Below, in pieces: positions 36,186 to 44,518 of a stretch of 64,000 nt of DNA (within the stretch, counting starts at the first letter, position 1; the number at the start of each line of letters is the position of its first letter). The translations under genes were made by a program, and so were the position numbers. Under the pieces are notes generated by a model. That model was not told where the DNA came from and ran no database searches. It was given only the letters and a program-made list of their open reading frames with translations. Source of the DNA: Candidatus Micrarchaeota archaeon (GTDB lineage: Archaea; Micrarchaeota; Micrarchaeia; Micrarchaeales; CABMGC01); contig JAGWHC010000002.1 of the NCBI GenBank assembly GCA_028867025.1, forward strand, positions 2,561 to 66,560, in the 5' to 3' direction.

Positions 36186-37667
36186 TCAGTCCCTGTAGCA
36201 GTTGATGTTTTGAGGCAGGTAGACCGTAAGGTCCTGCTCCTGGTATGCTACTCTTGAGCCGTTGAGGTCCAGCACGAAGGACCTCGAGACCCCCGTATAG
36301 TTGAAGAGGAGAATGGGGTAGCGCTTCTGCTCTCCCACGTACCGCGCGCCGTATCCCTCAAGCGGAGCCAAAGTGGCGTTTTGGCTGTCATATATCACGA
36401 ACGGCGAGTACGCGTCGTAGCCCGCGTAAACCATGGGGACCCACGCGTTGGTTACGAACCTGCAGCCTCCGAGCCCCAGGCCGCTAAGCACGCCGTACGC
36501 GTGCGCGTAAATGCTGTTCGCATTGTCGTAGTTGTAGTAGCTCGCTTTTGGCGATGCGGCGAAATAGTAGGCGGCGCAGACTGTGGAGGCTAGCGCAACA
36601 ATCGCTGCAAGAGCCACGCCGTATTTTATCGCTTGTGATCTCTTGAAAGCGTCGCTGAGCAGCAATGCCGCGGGAAGCAGGAGAGCTGTGGAAAACAGGA
36701 ACCCGTATCTGGCCTGTGTCGCAAGATCATTGTGGGGCAGGATCAGGAGATATCCTACAAGCGCCAAAGCGGCAAACGACGCAAGCATCTGCAGATGCCC
36801 TTTTTTGATTTTGATCCTCGCCTTCCTGAACCTGAAGAATGCCAGGCATACCGCGGCGAATATGGCAGGATAGACGGCTACCTCCGCAGCGGCAAGCGCA
36901 CTTATAGCAGAGGTTCCGGGCAACACCACCGCTGAATACGCCGACTCTATGTAGCTGTAAAACGGCACGCCGTAGGCTGCGTAGTCAAACGCGGCCCAGG
37001 CGACTACGGTTGCAATTTCAAGGGTTACCGCCTGCAGTATCTTTTTCCTTTCCCTGAGCAGAAGCACCATCGGAAACGCGATAAGCGCCGGATACTTGGC
37101 CAGGCCCGCGATCCCGAAGAGCAGCCCGGAGAGCGGGCTTTTCCTGAGAAGGCAGACGAGCCCCAGCAGAACGAACGTTATTGCAAGCGCCTCGCCGCCG
37201 TTGGGCACGAACAGGTAGTATACCGCATAGACGTTCGTGAAGGCCGAGAAGGCGGCAAGCGTGTCCATCTTCATCTCCTTCGCAAGCTTGTAGACCGCAA
37301 AGAGATAACCAAAGTAAGCGAGCAGGATGAAGGGCAGCACTGGGTTCTTGAAGAGGAGAAGAAGGAAAGCGAATATGGGGGTGCTGAGCGGCTCCCTGTA
37401 GGGCTCGAAATAGTAGAGCCGGTTGTTCAGGAACTCGCCCATGAAAGCCGACCTGAAGCCCGCCTGGTGCGTGAGGAAGTCCAGAAGCGTTTTCCCGTTG
37501 AGGTACCGCACCGCCATGTCCCACTGAGTGCCGAACAGGTGCCACGTTGTGTACAGGAGGACAAGCGGCAGTATCACGAGCAGGGCTACGAGCAGGAGAT
37601 CTATTGTGCGCATCCGCTTTACTTGACTTCTTCGCTTCTTAAAAACTTTAAGGTGCCGATTATACAT
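36186..37667 (-). CDS. Polytopic membrane protein, GT-C-like (PMT_2/ArnT-type) glycosyltransferase candidate
   Basis: It has more than 10 hydrophobic helices followed by a C-terminal soluble domain. The assignment rests on architecture only. The ATG at 37613 (MRTIDLL) is a plausible alternative start. Confidence 0.45.
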   Translation of the reverse strand: MYNRHLKVFKKRRSQVKRMRTIDLLLVALLVILPLVLLYTTWHLFGTQWDMAVRYLNGKTLLDFLTHQAGFRSAFMGEFLNNRLYYFEPYREPLSTPIFAFLLLLFKNPVLPFILLAYFGYLFAVYKLAKEMKMDTLAAFSAFTNVYAVYYLFVPNGGEALAITFVLLGLVCLLRKSPLSGLLFGIAGLAKYPALIAFPMVLLLRERKKILQAVTLEIATVVAWAAFDYAAYGVPFYSYIESAYSAVVLPGTSAISALAAAEVAVYPAIFAAVCLAFFRFRKARIKIKKGHLQMLASFAALALVGYLLILPHNDLATQARYGFLFSTALLLPAALLLSDAFKRSQAIKYGVALAAIVALASTVCAAYYFAASPKASYYNYDNANSIYAHAYGVLSGLGLGGCRFVTNAWVPMVYAGYDAYSPFVIYDSQNATLAPLEGYGARYVGEQKRYPILLFNYTGVSRSFVLDLNGSRVAYQEQDLTVYLPQNINCYRD

Positions 37668-37678
37668 CAGATGTCCTT

Positions 37679-38236
37679 ATGCCGATAAAGCAGGGAGTGC
37701 GCATACTAGCGATTGACGATTCCGCGTTCAGCAAGAAGGACAAGGAAGCGCTCGTCGTCGGAGTGGTCGGCAGGCAGGATCTTATCGAGGGTTTGCTCTC
37801 GTTCAGCGTCAGGGTCGACGGCAGCGACGCCACAGGCAAGATAATCTCGAAGGTCAGGAGCTCGCACTTCAGCGATCAGATAAGGCTGATAGCGCTTCAC
37901 GGGGTAACTCTCGCAGGCCTCAACATGGTTGACATAGAAAAGGTGGGAAGGGAGCTTGGCGTGCCCGTTGTCAGCATAATTCGCAGGAAGCCGCACAGCA
38001 GCGAGCTGGAGAAGGCGATAAGGTCCGTGGGCAAAAGCTCCTCAAGCAGGCTTGCGCTGCTCAAAAGGCTCAACAAGTCCATGAAGATAGAGAGGTCGAA
38101 GGGGTTCTACGTGCAGCGCGCCGGGATAAAGAAAGAGGAGTTCGCGAGATTCCAGGATAGCGCGGTTCACCTCCTCAGGCTCGCGCACATAATCGCCAAT
38201 GGGGTAGCAACCGGCGAATCAAGGGGCAGAGTGTAG
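37679..38236 (+). CDS. DUF99/UPF0215 family protein (EndoV-like fold)
   Basis: VRILAIDDSAF...ALVVGVVGR...VDGSDATGKI...DQIRLIALHGVTLAGLN matches the UPF0215 pattern. Confidence 0.6.
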   Translation: MPIKQGVRILAIDDSAFSKKDKEALVVGVVGRQDLIEGLLSFSVRVDGSDATGKIISKVRSSHFSDQIRLIALHGVTLAGLNMVDIEKVGRELGVPVVSIIRRKPHSSELEKAIRSVGKSSSSRLALLKRLNKSMKIERSKGFYVQRAGIKKEEFARFQDSAVHLLRLAHIIANGVATGESRGRV

Positions 38237-38251
38237 AACCTTCGGCGTCAT

Positions 38252-38260
38252 CTATATAAA
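38252..38260 (+). promoter_or_regulatory. TATA box candidate for the 16S rRNA transcript
   Basis: CTATATAAA lies in the spacer between the DUF99 stop and the rRNA leader, about 85 nt upstream of the processing stem. Confidence 0.45.
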
Positions 38261-38336
38261 CTATTTCCTGCATATACTATCCTGCATTTGGGGTTTTTAC
38301 GACCCTGAGTGCGCTGTGAAAATTGCTTTGGCAATT

Positions 38337-38382
38337 AGATTTAGTCTTGAGGAATGCAAGTAGTTGCGAACTCGCAAATTGC
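38337..38382 (+). other. 5' strand of pre-16S rRNA processing stem
   Basis: AGATTTAGTCTTGAGGAATGC..TAGTTGCGA..GCAAATTGC pairs with 39922..39965 (GCAGTTTGC..TCGCAACTA..GCAT..TCCTCAAGACTAGATCT). The helix is interrupted by small bulges. Confidence 0.6.
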
Positions 38383-38411
38383 TCGCGGAAATAAACACAC
38401 CAGCCATTGAC

Positions 38412-39895
38412 ACCAGTCGATGCTGCTGGAGGACACTGCTATCAGATTTCGACAGCCATGCAAGTTTGCTCACCGGCTTCGGTGGGCGGCGCACGGCTCA
38501 GTAACGCGTACTCAATCTAACCTAGAGAGGGGCATAACGTTGGGAAACTGACGCTAATATCACATGGGCCAGGGACTCTGGAATGGAATCTTGGCCGAAA
38601 TCGCTGTGAAAAATGCATCACAGCGGCTCTAGGATGGGAGTGCGTCGGATCAGGCAGATGGCGGGGTAACGGCCCACCATACCTTTGACCCGTAGGGGCT
38701 GTGGAAGCAGAAGCCCCGAGAAGGGCACTGAGACAAGGGCCCTAGCGCTACGGCGTGCAGCAGGCGCGAAACCTCCACAATGCGCGAAAGCGTGATGGGG
38801 GGAGTCTGAGTGGCGCACTTCGGTGTGCCTTTTGCCAAGTCTAGTTAGCTTGGCGAATAAGTGCTGGGTAAGACCGGTGGCAGCCGCCACGGTAATACCG
38901 GCGGCACAAGTGGTGTCCGCGATTATTGGGCTTAAAGGGCCAGTAGCCTGTTGGAACCGTCCCAAGTGAAATGTCAGCGCTCAACGTTGACTCGGGCTTG
39001 GGATACCTTCCGACTAGGGAGTGGGAGAGGTCAGGGGTACTTATGGGGTAGGGGTAAAATCCTGTAATCCTATAAGGACCACCGGTGGCGAAGGCGCCTG
39101 ACCAGAACACATCCGACGGTGAGTGGCTAAGGCTAGGAGAACGAATCGGATTAGATACCCGAGTAGCCCTAGCAGTAAATTATGCAGACTCAGGTGTTGC
39201 ACCACTTTTTAGTGGCGCAGTACCGTAGGGAAACTGATAAGTCTGCCGCCTGGGGAGTACGGCCGCAAGGTTGAAACTTAAAGCAATTGGCGGGGGAGCA
39301 CCACAAGGGGTGGATGCTGCGGTTTAATTGAATTCAACGTCCGAAATATCACCTGGAGCGACGGCAGGATGAAGGTCAGACTGAAGATCTTGCCTAACGA
39401 GCCGAGAGGTGGTGCATGGCGATCGTCAGCTCGTGGTGTGAACTGTCCGGTTAAGTCCGGTAACGAGCGAGACCCTCATGAACAGTTGCAACCGTCGAAG
39501 AGATTCGGCGGGCACTCTGTTCGGACCGCCTCCGTTTAAGGAGGAGGAAGGAGAGGGCGACGGTACGTCAGTATGCCCCGAATCTCCAGGGCTACACGCG
39601 GCATACAGAGGCTGCTACAATGGGTTGCGACCCCGAAAGGGGAGGCTAATCCCCCAAAAGCAGTCAAAGTCCGGATTGAGGGCTGAAACTCGCCCTCATG
39701 AAGCTGGAATCCCTAGTAATCGCGTATCACTATTGCGCGGTGAATGTGTCCCCGCTCCTTGCACACACCGCCTGTCAAGTCACCCAAGCGAGGTTTTAGT
39801 GAGGCAGCGCCTACGGCGTTTTCGAACTAATGCTTTGTGAGGGGGGCTAAGTCATAACAAGGTATCCGTAGGGGAACCTGCGGATAGATCACCTC
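38412..39895 (+). rRNA. rrs: 16S ribosomal RNA (not linked to 23S)
   Basis: Conserved blocks run throughout: ...GGCAGCCGCCACGGTAATACC..., GGATTAGATACCC, GCACACACCGCCTGTCA, GTCATAACAAGGTATCCGTAGGGGAACCTGCGGATAGATCACCTC. The ends were estimated by comparison with canonical archaeal termini and are good to a few nt. Confidence 0.95.
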
Positions 39896-39921
39896 GAAAC
39901 TTTTTTGTTTCGTTTAGCAGG

Positions 39922-39965
39922 GCAGTTTGCTCTCGCAACTAGCATTAATCCTCAAGACTAGATCT
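39922..39965 (+). other. 3' strand of pre-16S rRNA processing stem
   Basis: It is complementary to 38337..38382 (see that feature). Confidence 0.6.
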
Positions 39966-40434
39966 TTCTTTTTTGTACGCTTGCTGCTTTTATCTCCCTA
40001 GCGTGCTGAATCATGTGGTTGAGCTCTTTGTCCACGTCGAGCACCGGCCTGTCCTCCACCTGCCTCAAGATGTATGACAGCACCTCCATCTGCGTCTTAG
40101 CGTCGCCTCCGCCTCTCACGGCTTCCCTTACCTTCTTCATAAAGAGGCCCGTCTTCGACTTTACCATCTCCTCCTGGCCTTCCGCGCTTGTGTAGTTGCT
40201 GCGGCTCTTCTCGGTCACGGTGCTCTCGATCATGTCAAATTTCTCCTTCACTCCGGCCCTGGGCGCGGGTCCTCGAAGGTTCTCAACCCCGAACCTTTCC
40301 CATTCGTCCTTGTCGTCAGCGGTCTTCTGCGTTCCCCTCTTCTTTACGAACTCCACCCCGAACTTCTTCCAGGGGTCGTCGTCCGGAAACAGTTGCGGTA
40401 GCACCATGCTCTCCCCAAACACATGCGTTGCCAA
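39958..40434 (-). CDS. Hypothetical charged soluble protein
   Basis: This 158-aa ORF is rich in K/E/D and no family was recognised. Its last codons overlap the 3' strand of the rRNA processing stem. Confidence 0.45.
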   Translation of the reverse strand: MATHVFGESMVLPQLFPDDDPWKKFGVEFVKKRGTQKTADDKDEWERFGVENLRGPAPRAGVKEKFDMIESTVTEKSRSNYTSAEGQEEMVKSKTGLFMKKVREAVRGGGDAKTQMEVLSYILRQVEDRPVLDVDKELNHMIQHAREIKAASVQKRKI

Positions 40435-40466
40435 ATCTTTTTAACACTCCGATTCCAACCTATAGC

Positions 40467-40949
40467 ATGAGATTCAAGCCGACCCCGGAGCTCTGCTACC
40501 TTGCGGGCCTTACCGGGCACGCCACCCAGGCCGAGCGCAGCCAGGTAGGCGTACTGACGCAGAACGAGCAGATAGAGGAGCGCTTCATCAAATACGCGCT
40601 AAAACTTGGCGTAGACACGAAGAAGATAATGATCGAAGAGCAGGGAACTTTCAAGCACGTGTACTTCTACCATTCCAAGCTTGCAAAAATGATCCGGGAG
40701 GTGCTGAAGGAGAGAACTTCGCTGCCGAAGAGGAGAAGGGAGCTTGCGGTCGCTTTCATCGCAGGGATGTTCGACTCCAGCGGGCACGTGCGAAACGAGA
40801 AGATAACGATAGGAAGGATGGATAAGGCGGACGAACTTCTGCTAGAGCTGATGGGCGTTCACAACGTCACCTCCAAGATAATGAACATAAATGAGTTCCT
40901 GTCGTTGATAAGGAGCAGCAGCATCCTTGCCAACGGTATTGACCTTTAG
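40467..40949 (+). CDS. Free-standing LAGLIDADG-like protein (two degenerate motifs)
   Basis: The ATG at 40467 gives a 160-aa protein with ELCYLAGLTGHAT and VAFIAGMFDSSGHV about 95 residues apart, the spacing of double-motif LAGLIDADG enzymes. Both motifs lack the conserved acidic residue. Confidence 0.55.
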   Translation: MRFKPTPELCYLAGLTGHATQAERSQVGVLTQNEQIEERFIKYALKLGVDTKKIMIEEQGTFKHVYFYHSKLAKMIREVLKERTSLPKRRRELAVAFIAGMFDSSGHVRNEKITIGRMDKADELLLELMGVHNVTSKIMNINEFLSLIRSSSILANGIDL

Positions 40950-41019
40950 CGGCGCCTCACTGTTTGCGTAAGACGCGAAGCTATTTTAAATTTTCAACGT
41001 ATTGCTAATCAGGATCCTG

Positions 41020-41370
41020 ATGCTTCTAGGCGTAAAGAGAGTCTACGAAAAAAGGGGGCTGACCGACGGGAAGCGCATTCTAGTCGACAGGCTGTGGCCC
41101 AGGGGCGTAAAAAAGGGCACGCAGAACCTCGATTTGTGGATGAAGGACGTAGCCCCGAGCAACGAGCTCAGGAAATGGTTCTCGCATGATCCGGAGAAAT
41201 GGGAGGAGTTCAAGAATAGGTACGAGCATGAGCTTGAGGGCAACAAAAAGTTCGACGAGCTGCTCGCTATGATAAGGAAAACTGATGTAACGCTTGTTTA
41301 TTCCGCAAAGGATACGGAGCACAACAATGCCGTCGCACTTGCCGGGTTCCTGAAACAGGCTGATGATTAG
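41020..41370 (+). CDS. DUF488 family protein
   Basis: VKRVYE...ILVDRLWPRGV...DLWMKDVAPSNELRKWF...W.EF..RY..EL matches the DUF488 pattern. A TATA-like CTATTTTAAATTTT lies upstream. Confidence 0.7.
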   Translation: MLLGVKRVYEKRGLTDGKRILVDRLWPRGVKKGTQNLDLWMKDVAPSNELRKWFSHDPEKWEEFKNRYEHELEGNKKFDELLAMIRKTDVTLVYSAKDTEHNNAVALAGFLKQADD

Positions 41371-41930
41371 AACTCCACCTTCCTTATTTCCACTTTCGCT
41401 ATCGGTGCAGTTGTGCCGAACTTCTTCATTGTCTCGCTTTGCAGGTCGTTCGCCACAAGCGCCTTGAGGAATTCCTCCTTGCTCAGTTTGCTCACATACT
41501 CTGTGACGAAAGCGTGGACCGTCTTTCTTATCATGCTCTTCGTCCTTCCGGCAACCTTTATCCTGGTGGTCACGAGCAGCTTGAGCGTTATCGTGTCGCC
41601 TTCCCTGTCCTTTACAATGTCGTAAGTGTAGACCGCATCCGCCCTGCGCTTGACCAGCGAGTGCAGGTAGCTGTACTGCTGCGCCAGGTAGTCTATTTCC
41701 GTGTTCGCCACGTTGCCGTTGGCGTTGGTGATCTTCAGGCCGACCGTGGCGAAGGCGTGGTTTGGGTTGTGCGTGATCCAGCTCAGGCTGACCTTCATTA
41801 TCCTGCCGGTTACGCTCTTCTCGTCAGCAGCCGGGATGCTGCCTATAACATCAGTGGATATGGCCTTCGGCGCGTACACGTCGAACCACTGCTTCATCTT
41901 CCACTTCTCTGCTCCTTTTTGTACGGCCAT
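41367..41930 (-). CDS. rps3ae: Ribosomal protein S3Ae (eS1)
   Basis: KMKQWFDVYAPK and the overall 187-aa layout are typical of S3Ae. Confidence 0.85.
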   Translation of the reverse strand: MAVQKGAEKWKMKQWFDVYAPKAISTDVIGSIPAADEKSVTGRIMKVSLSWITHNPNHAFATVGLKITNANGNVANTEIDYLAQQYSYLHSLVKRRADAVYTYDIVKDREGDTITLKLLVTTRIKVAGRTKSMIRKTVHAFVTEYVSKLSKEEFLKALVANDLQSETMKKFGTTAPIAKVEIRKVEF

Positions 41931-41934
41931 CAGT

Positions 41935-42387
41935 TCACGTCTCCTTTATTATAAGCGCAGCCTGCTCCGGGTCGTACTTCCAAGCGGCGGGCAGCCTGCC
42001 CGATTCCCTGTAGTACTTGCCAAGTCTCCATATCTTCGCCTCGACCCTGTGAAGCCTTGTGGTATTGTAAACGTCCCTGTGGTTTGCGGTCAGGTGCTTC
42101 CTCATGTTCACCGCCTTCTTCATGAGGTCAAGCATGTCGGACGGAATCTCACTCCTGAATCCGCGTTCGTATAGGAATACGGACAGCCTCTTCCCCAGCA
42201 CTGGCTTGAGGTAGCCTATCTTGTGCTCGTCCTTCAGTCTCTGGCCTATCATCGCTCCCTTGATGCCCTGCTTCGCATATCCGACTATCGCTTCCTCGAC
42301 CATCTTGGAGTCCGCGGCATTCGCTACGCTATCCGTCGGCTTTCGCGACTTCGACCTTCCATGCCTTCTAGTATGTAACCTTGCCAT
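41935..42387 (-). CDS. rps15: Ribosomal protein S15 (uS15/S13e type)
   Basis: The N-terminus is MARLHTRRHGRSKSRKP, with a C-terminal S15 helix bundle (HRDVYNTTRLHRVEAKIWRLGKYY). The ATG at 42387 is preferred over 42405. Confidence 0.9.
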   Translation of the reverse strand: MARLHTRRHGRSKSRKPTDSVANAADSKMVEEAIVGYAKQGIKGAMIGQRLKDEHKIGYLKPVLGKRLSVFLYERGFRSEIPSDMLDLMKKAVNMRKHLTANHRDVYNTTRLHRVEAKIWRLGKYYRESGRLPAAWKYDPEQAALIIKET

Positions 42388-42471
42388 TGACCTCACATAA
42401 AACAAGGAATGACGAATAGATATGCGCCAAGAATATTTATATAGTTACATCCTTGAGTATCTTGTGATGGC

Positions 42472-42780
42472 ATGGGAGGCATAGTGAGTGAATTCATGGA
42501 GTTCCTGAACCAGTACAAGGTGATGGGGCTCGCTGTTGCCTTCATAATAGGGGGCGCGACAACGGTTCTGGTGCAGTCGCTCGTCAACAACGTGATAATG
42601 CCCATCATAGGAATAGCTCTGCCTAACGGCGCGTGGCAGACAGCTACGGTGAACGTCGGCCCGGCGGTGATAGTCTGGGGAGCCTTCGCATCGGCTCTGA
42701 TAAACTTCCTCATCCTGCTCGGCGTAGTCTTCCTCATCGCGAAGTTCATACTGAAGGAGGAGAAGCCCTCAAAGAGGTAG
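42472..42780 (+). CDS. mscL: Large-conductance mechanosensitive channel
   Basis: EFMEFLNQYKVMGLAVAFIIGGATTVLVQSLVNNVIMPIIG and a second TM helix match the MscL pattern. Confidence 0.8.
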   Translation: MGGIVSEFMEFLNQYKVMGLAVAFIIGGATTVLVQSLVNNVIMPIIGIALPNGAWQTATVNVGPAVIVWGAFASALINFLILLGVVFLIAKFILKEEKPSKR

Positions 42781-42911
42781 CCTCTGGCCTGTCTCAGACG
42801 ACAAGCTACCGAAAGATTTAAATATCTAATTGAACGTAATTTTACTGCTAGTTTTAGTAAAGCTTTTAAAATTTACCTAGTGTTCAAGTCGAAAAATCTG
42901 ATGGTGAGGAA

Positions 42912-44036
42912 TTGGCAAAGTCAAAGAGAGGCGTACATTCAAAAAAAGGTGCAAAAATGGGGAAGACAATGACAAAAAGCATGTCGAAAAGAAGGACGGC
43001 TAGCTCAGCGTCCAAGACGTCAAACGGGCCCGTGCAGGCGGCGGTTAGCGAGACCCAGCAGGAGTTTACGCGGGTGCAGATGCCCAACATGGGAGTAGTG
43101 CATGGGGAGGAGGGACCGAAGGTTATCGAGAGCGTTAAGCACTGCCCGAGCTGCGGCAGCGGAGACATAATCTTCGATAGCGAGAGAGGCGAATACGTAT
43201 GCAACAATTGTGGCCTAGTTATCGAGGAGAACGTCACTGACGTAGGTCCCGAATGGAGGGCTTTTGACGCCGACCAGAGGAACGCGAGGGCAAGGACAGG
43301 CGCGCCGATAAAGTACATGAAGCCCAACAAGGGCCTTGTCACTGAAATAGACATGTACAACAAGGACATACGCGGGGCAAAGCTGCCGAGCAAGAGGCAG
43401 GCTCAGCTATACAGGATAAGGAAGTGGCACAAGCGCGCGAGCATCGCGAGCTCGAGCGAGAGGAACTACCTCGTCGCTCTGCCTGAGCTCAACAGGGTAG
43501 CTAGTTATCTCGGACTGCCGGACAACATAAGGGAGAGCGCTGCCCTTCTCTACAGGCAGTGCGTCAAGAACAACCTGATAAGGGGCAGGCCGATAGAGAC
43601 TGTGGTGAACGCAGCGCTCTACGCTACATGCAGGCAGTCGGGAATGCCGAGGACGCTTGACGAGATATCCCAGATATCTGGAGTGCCAAAGAAAGAGATA
43701 GGAAGAACCTACAGGGTCATAGCCCACGAGCTCAACCTCAGAATACCGCTCACCGATCCAATAGCCTACGTGCCCAGATACGTCGCTGCGCTGAAGCTCA
43801 GCGGGGAGGCGCAGGAGAAGTCTGTGCAGCTGCTCAAGCAGGCGATGAAGAAGGGCCTGGTCAGCGGAAGGAGCCCCACAGGCGTTTCCGCAGCGGCTGT
43901 ATACATAGCAAGCGCGCTCGTCGGCGAGAGAAGGACGCAGAAGGAGGTGGCAGAGGTTGCAGGAGTAACCGAAGTCACAATAAGGAACAGGTACAGGGAG
44001 CTCAAGAAGGAGCTGAACATAGACGTAAACCTGTAA
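42912..44036 (+). CDS. tfb: Transcription initiation factor TFB, with basic N-terminal extension
   Basis: It has a Zn ribbon CPSCGSGDIIFDSERGEYVCNNCGLVIEE, a B-reader and two cyclin folds. The TTG at 42912 is preceded by GGTGAGG (SD-like, complementary to the 16S 3' end) and by TATA-like TTTTAAAA. The ATGs at 42957 and 43080 are alternative starts. Confidence 0.85.
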   Translation: MAKSKRGVHSKKGAKMGKTMTKSMSKRRTASSASKTSNGPVQAAVSETQQEFTRVQMPNMGVVHGEEGPKVIESVKHCPSCGSGDIIFDSERGEYVCNNCGLVIEENVTDVGPEWRAFDADQRNARARTGAPIKYMKPNKGLVTEIDMYNKDIRGAKLPSKRQAQLYRIRKWHKRASIASSSERNYLVALPELNRVASYLGLPDNIRESAALLYRQCVKNNLIRGRPIETVVNAALYATCRQSGMPRTLDEISQISGVPKKEIGRTYRVIAHELNLRIPLTDPIAYVPRYVAALKLSGEAQEKSVQLLKQAMKKGLVSGRSPTGVSAAAVYIASALVGERRTQKEVAEVAGVTEVTIRNRYRELKKELNIDVNL

Positions 44037-44038
44037 GC

Positions 44039-44437
44039 ATGAGACCCCTGCTTCTGGCGTTTGTCCTTTCCTTTTCATTTGCGCTAGCGGCAGCGGGGGC
44101 GCAGTCGCAGTTCACCAACCCTACCGTCGCGTACGCCAACATCACCGTGAACAACGCCGCCTACTACGTCTCACAGGTCAACGAGAGCGGCTATCTGATC
44201 TTCTACCCGAACCTCACGCAGGCGTATGCTGACCTCTCCAAGGCGGAGAGCACGTACAACACCTCCCCAGCCACTGCTGTCGTCTACGCCAACAAGGCGG
44301 TGAACGAGGCCACCAACGAGTACATAAGGATAAGCAGCTACAAAAGCGAATCCGTAGCGGTAATGGCCGCGGTAACTATAGTGCTCGCGATAGTTATCGC
44401 ACGGACTACAAGGCGAATAAGGAAGAACGGCAAGTAG
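44039..44437 (+). CDS. Secreted, C-terminally TM-anchored small protein
   Basis: It has a signal peptide MRPLLLAFVLSFSFALAAAGA/Q, a C-terminal TM helix and a basic tail (RRIRKNGK). Confidence 0.45.
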   Translation: MRPLLLAFVLSFSFALAAAGAQSQFTNPTVAYANITVNNAAYYVSQVNESGYLIFYPNLTQAYADLSKAESTYNTSPATAVVYANKAVNEATNEYIRISSYKSESVAVMAAVTIVLAIVIARTTRRIRKNGK

Positions 44438-44518
44438 CAAAATAACAGCACTTTCTGCTTATTCTGTAATTAAAATCAATCTATTTATAGGCCGAAATTA
44501 AAATAATTAAGTGTTCAT

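Noticed and set aside
38297-39840. ORFs predicted inside the 16S rRNA gene (38297..38494, 38618..38965, 38650..38838, 38841..39110, 39478..39840).
   Set aside because: The region is unambiguously 16S rRNA, so ORFs there are spurious.
38412-39895. I looked for an intron or large insertion in the 16S, given the neighbouring LAGLIDADG-like gene.
   Set aside because: At about 1484 nt the gene has normal length, and the conserved blocks are contiguous. No insertion is evident by eye.
40188-40466. The 5' extension of the LAGLIDADG-like ORF (track start 40188).
   Set aside because: The extension is Ser/Arg/Pro-rich and lies entirely antisense to 39958..40434. The ATG at 40467 starts right after the divergent spacer and begins the recognisable domain.
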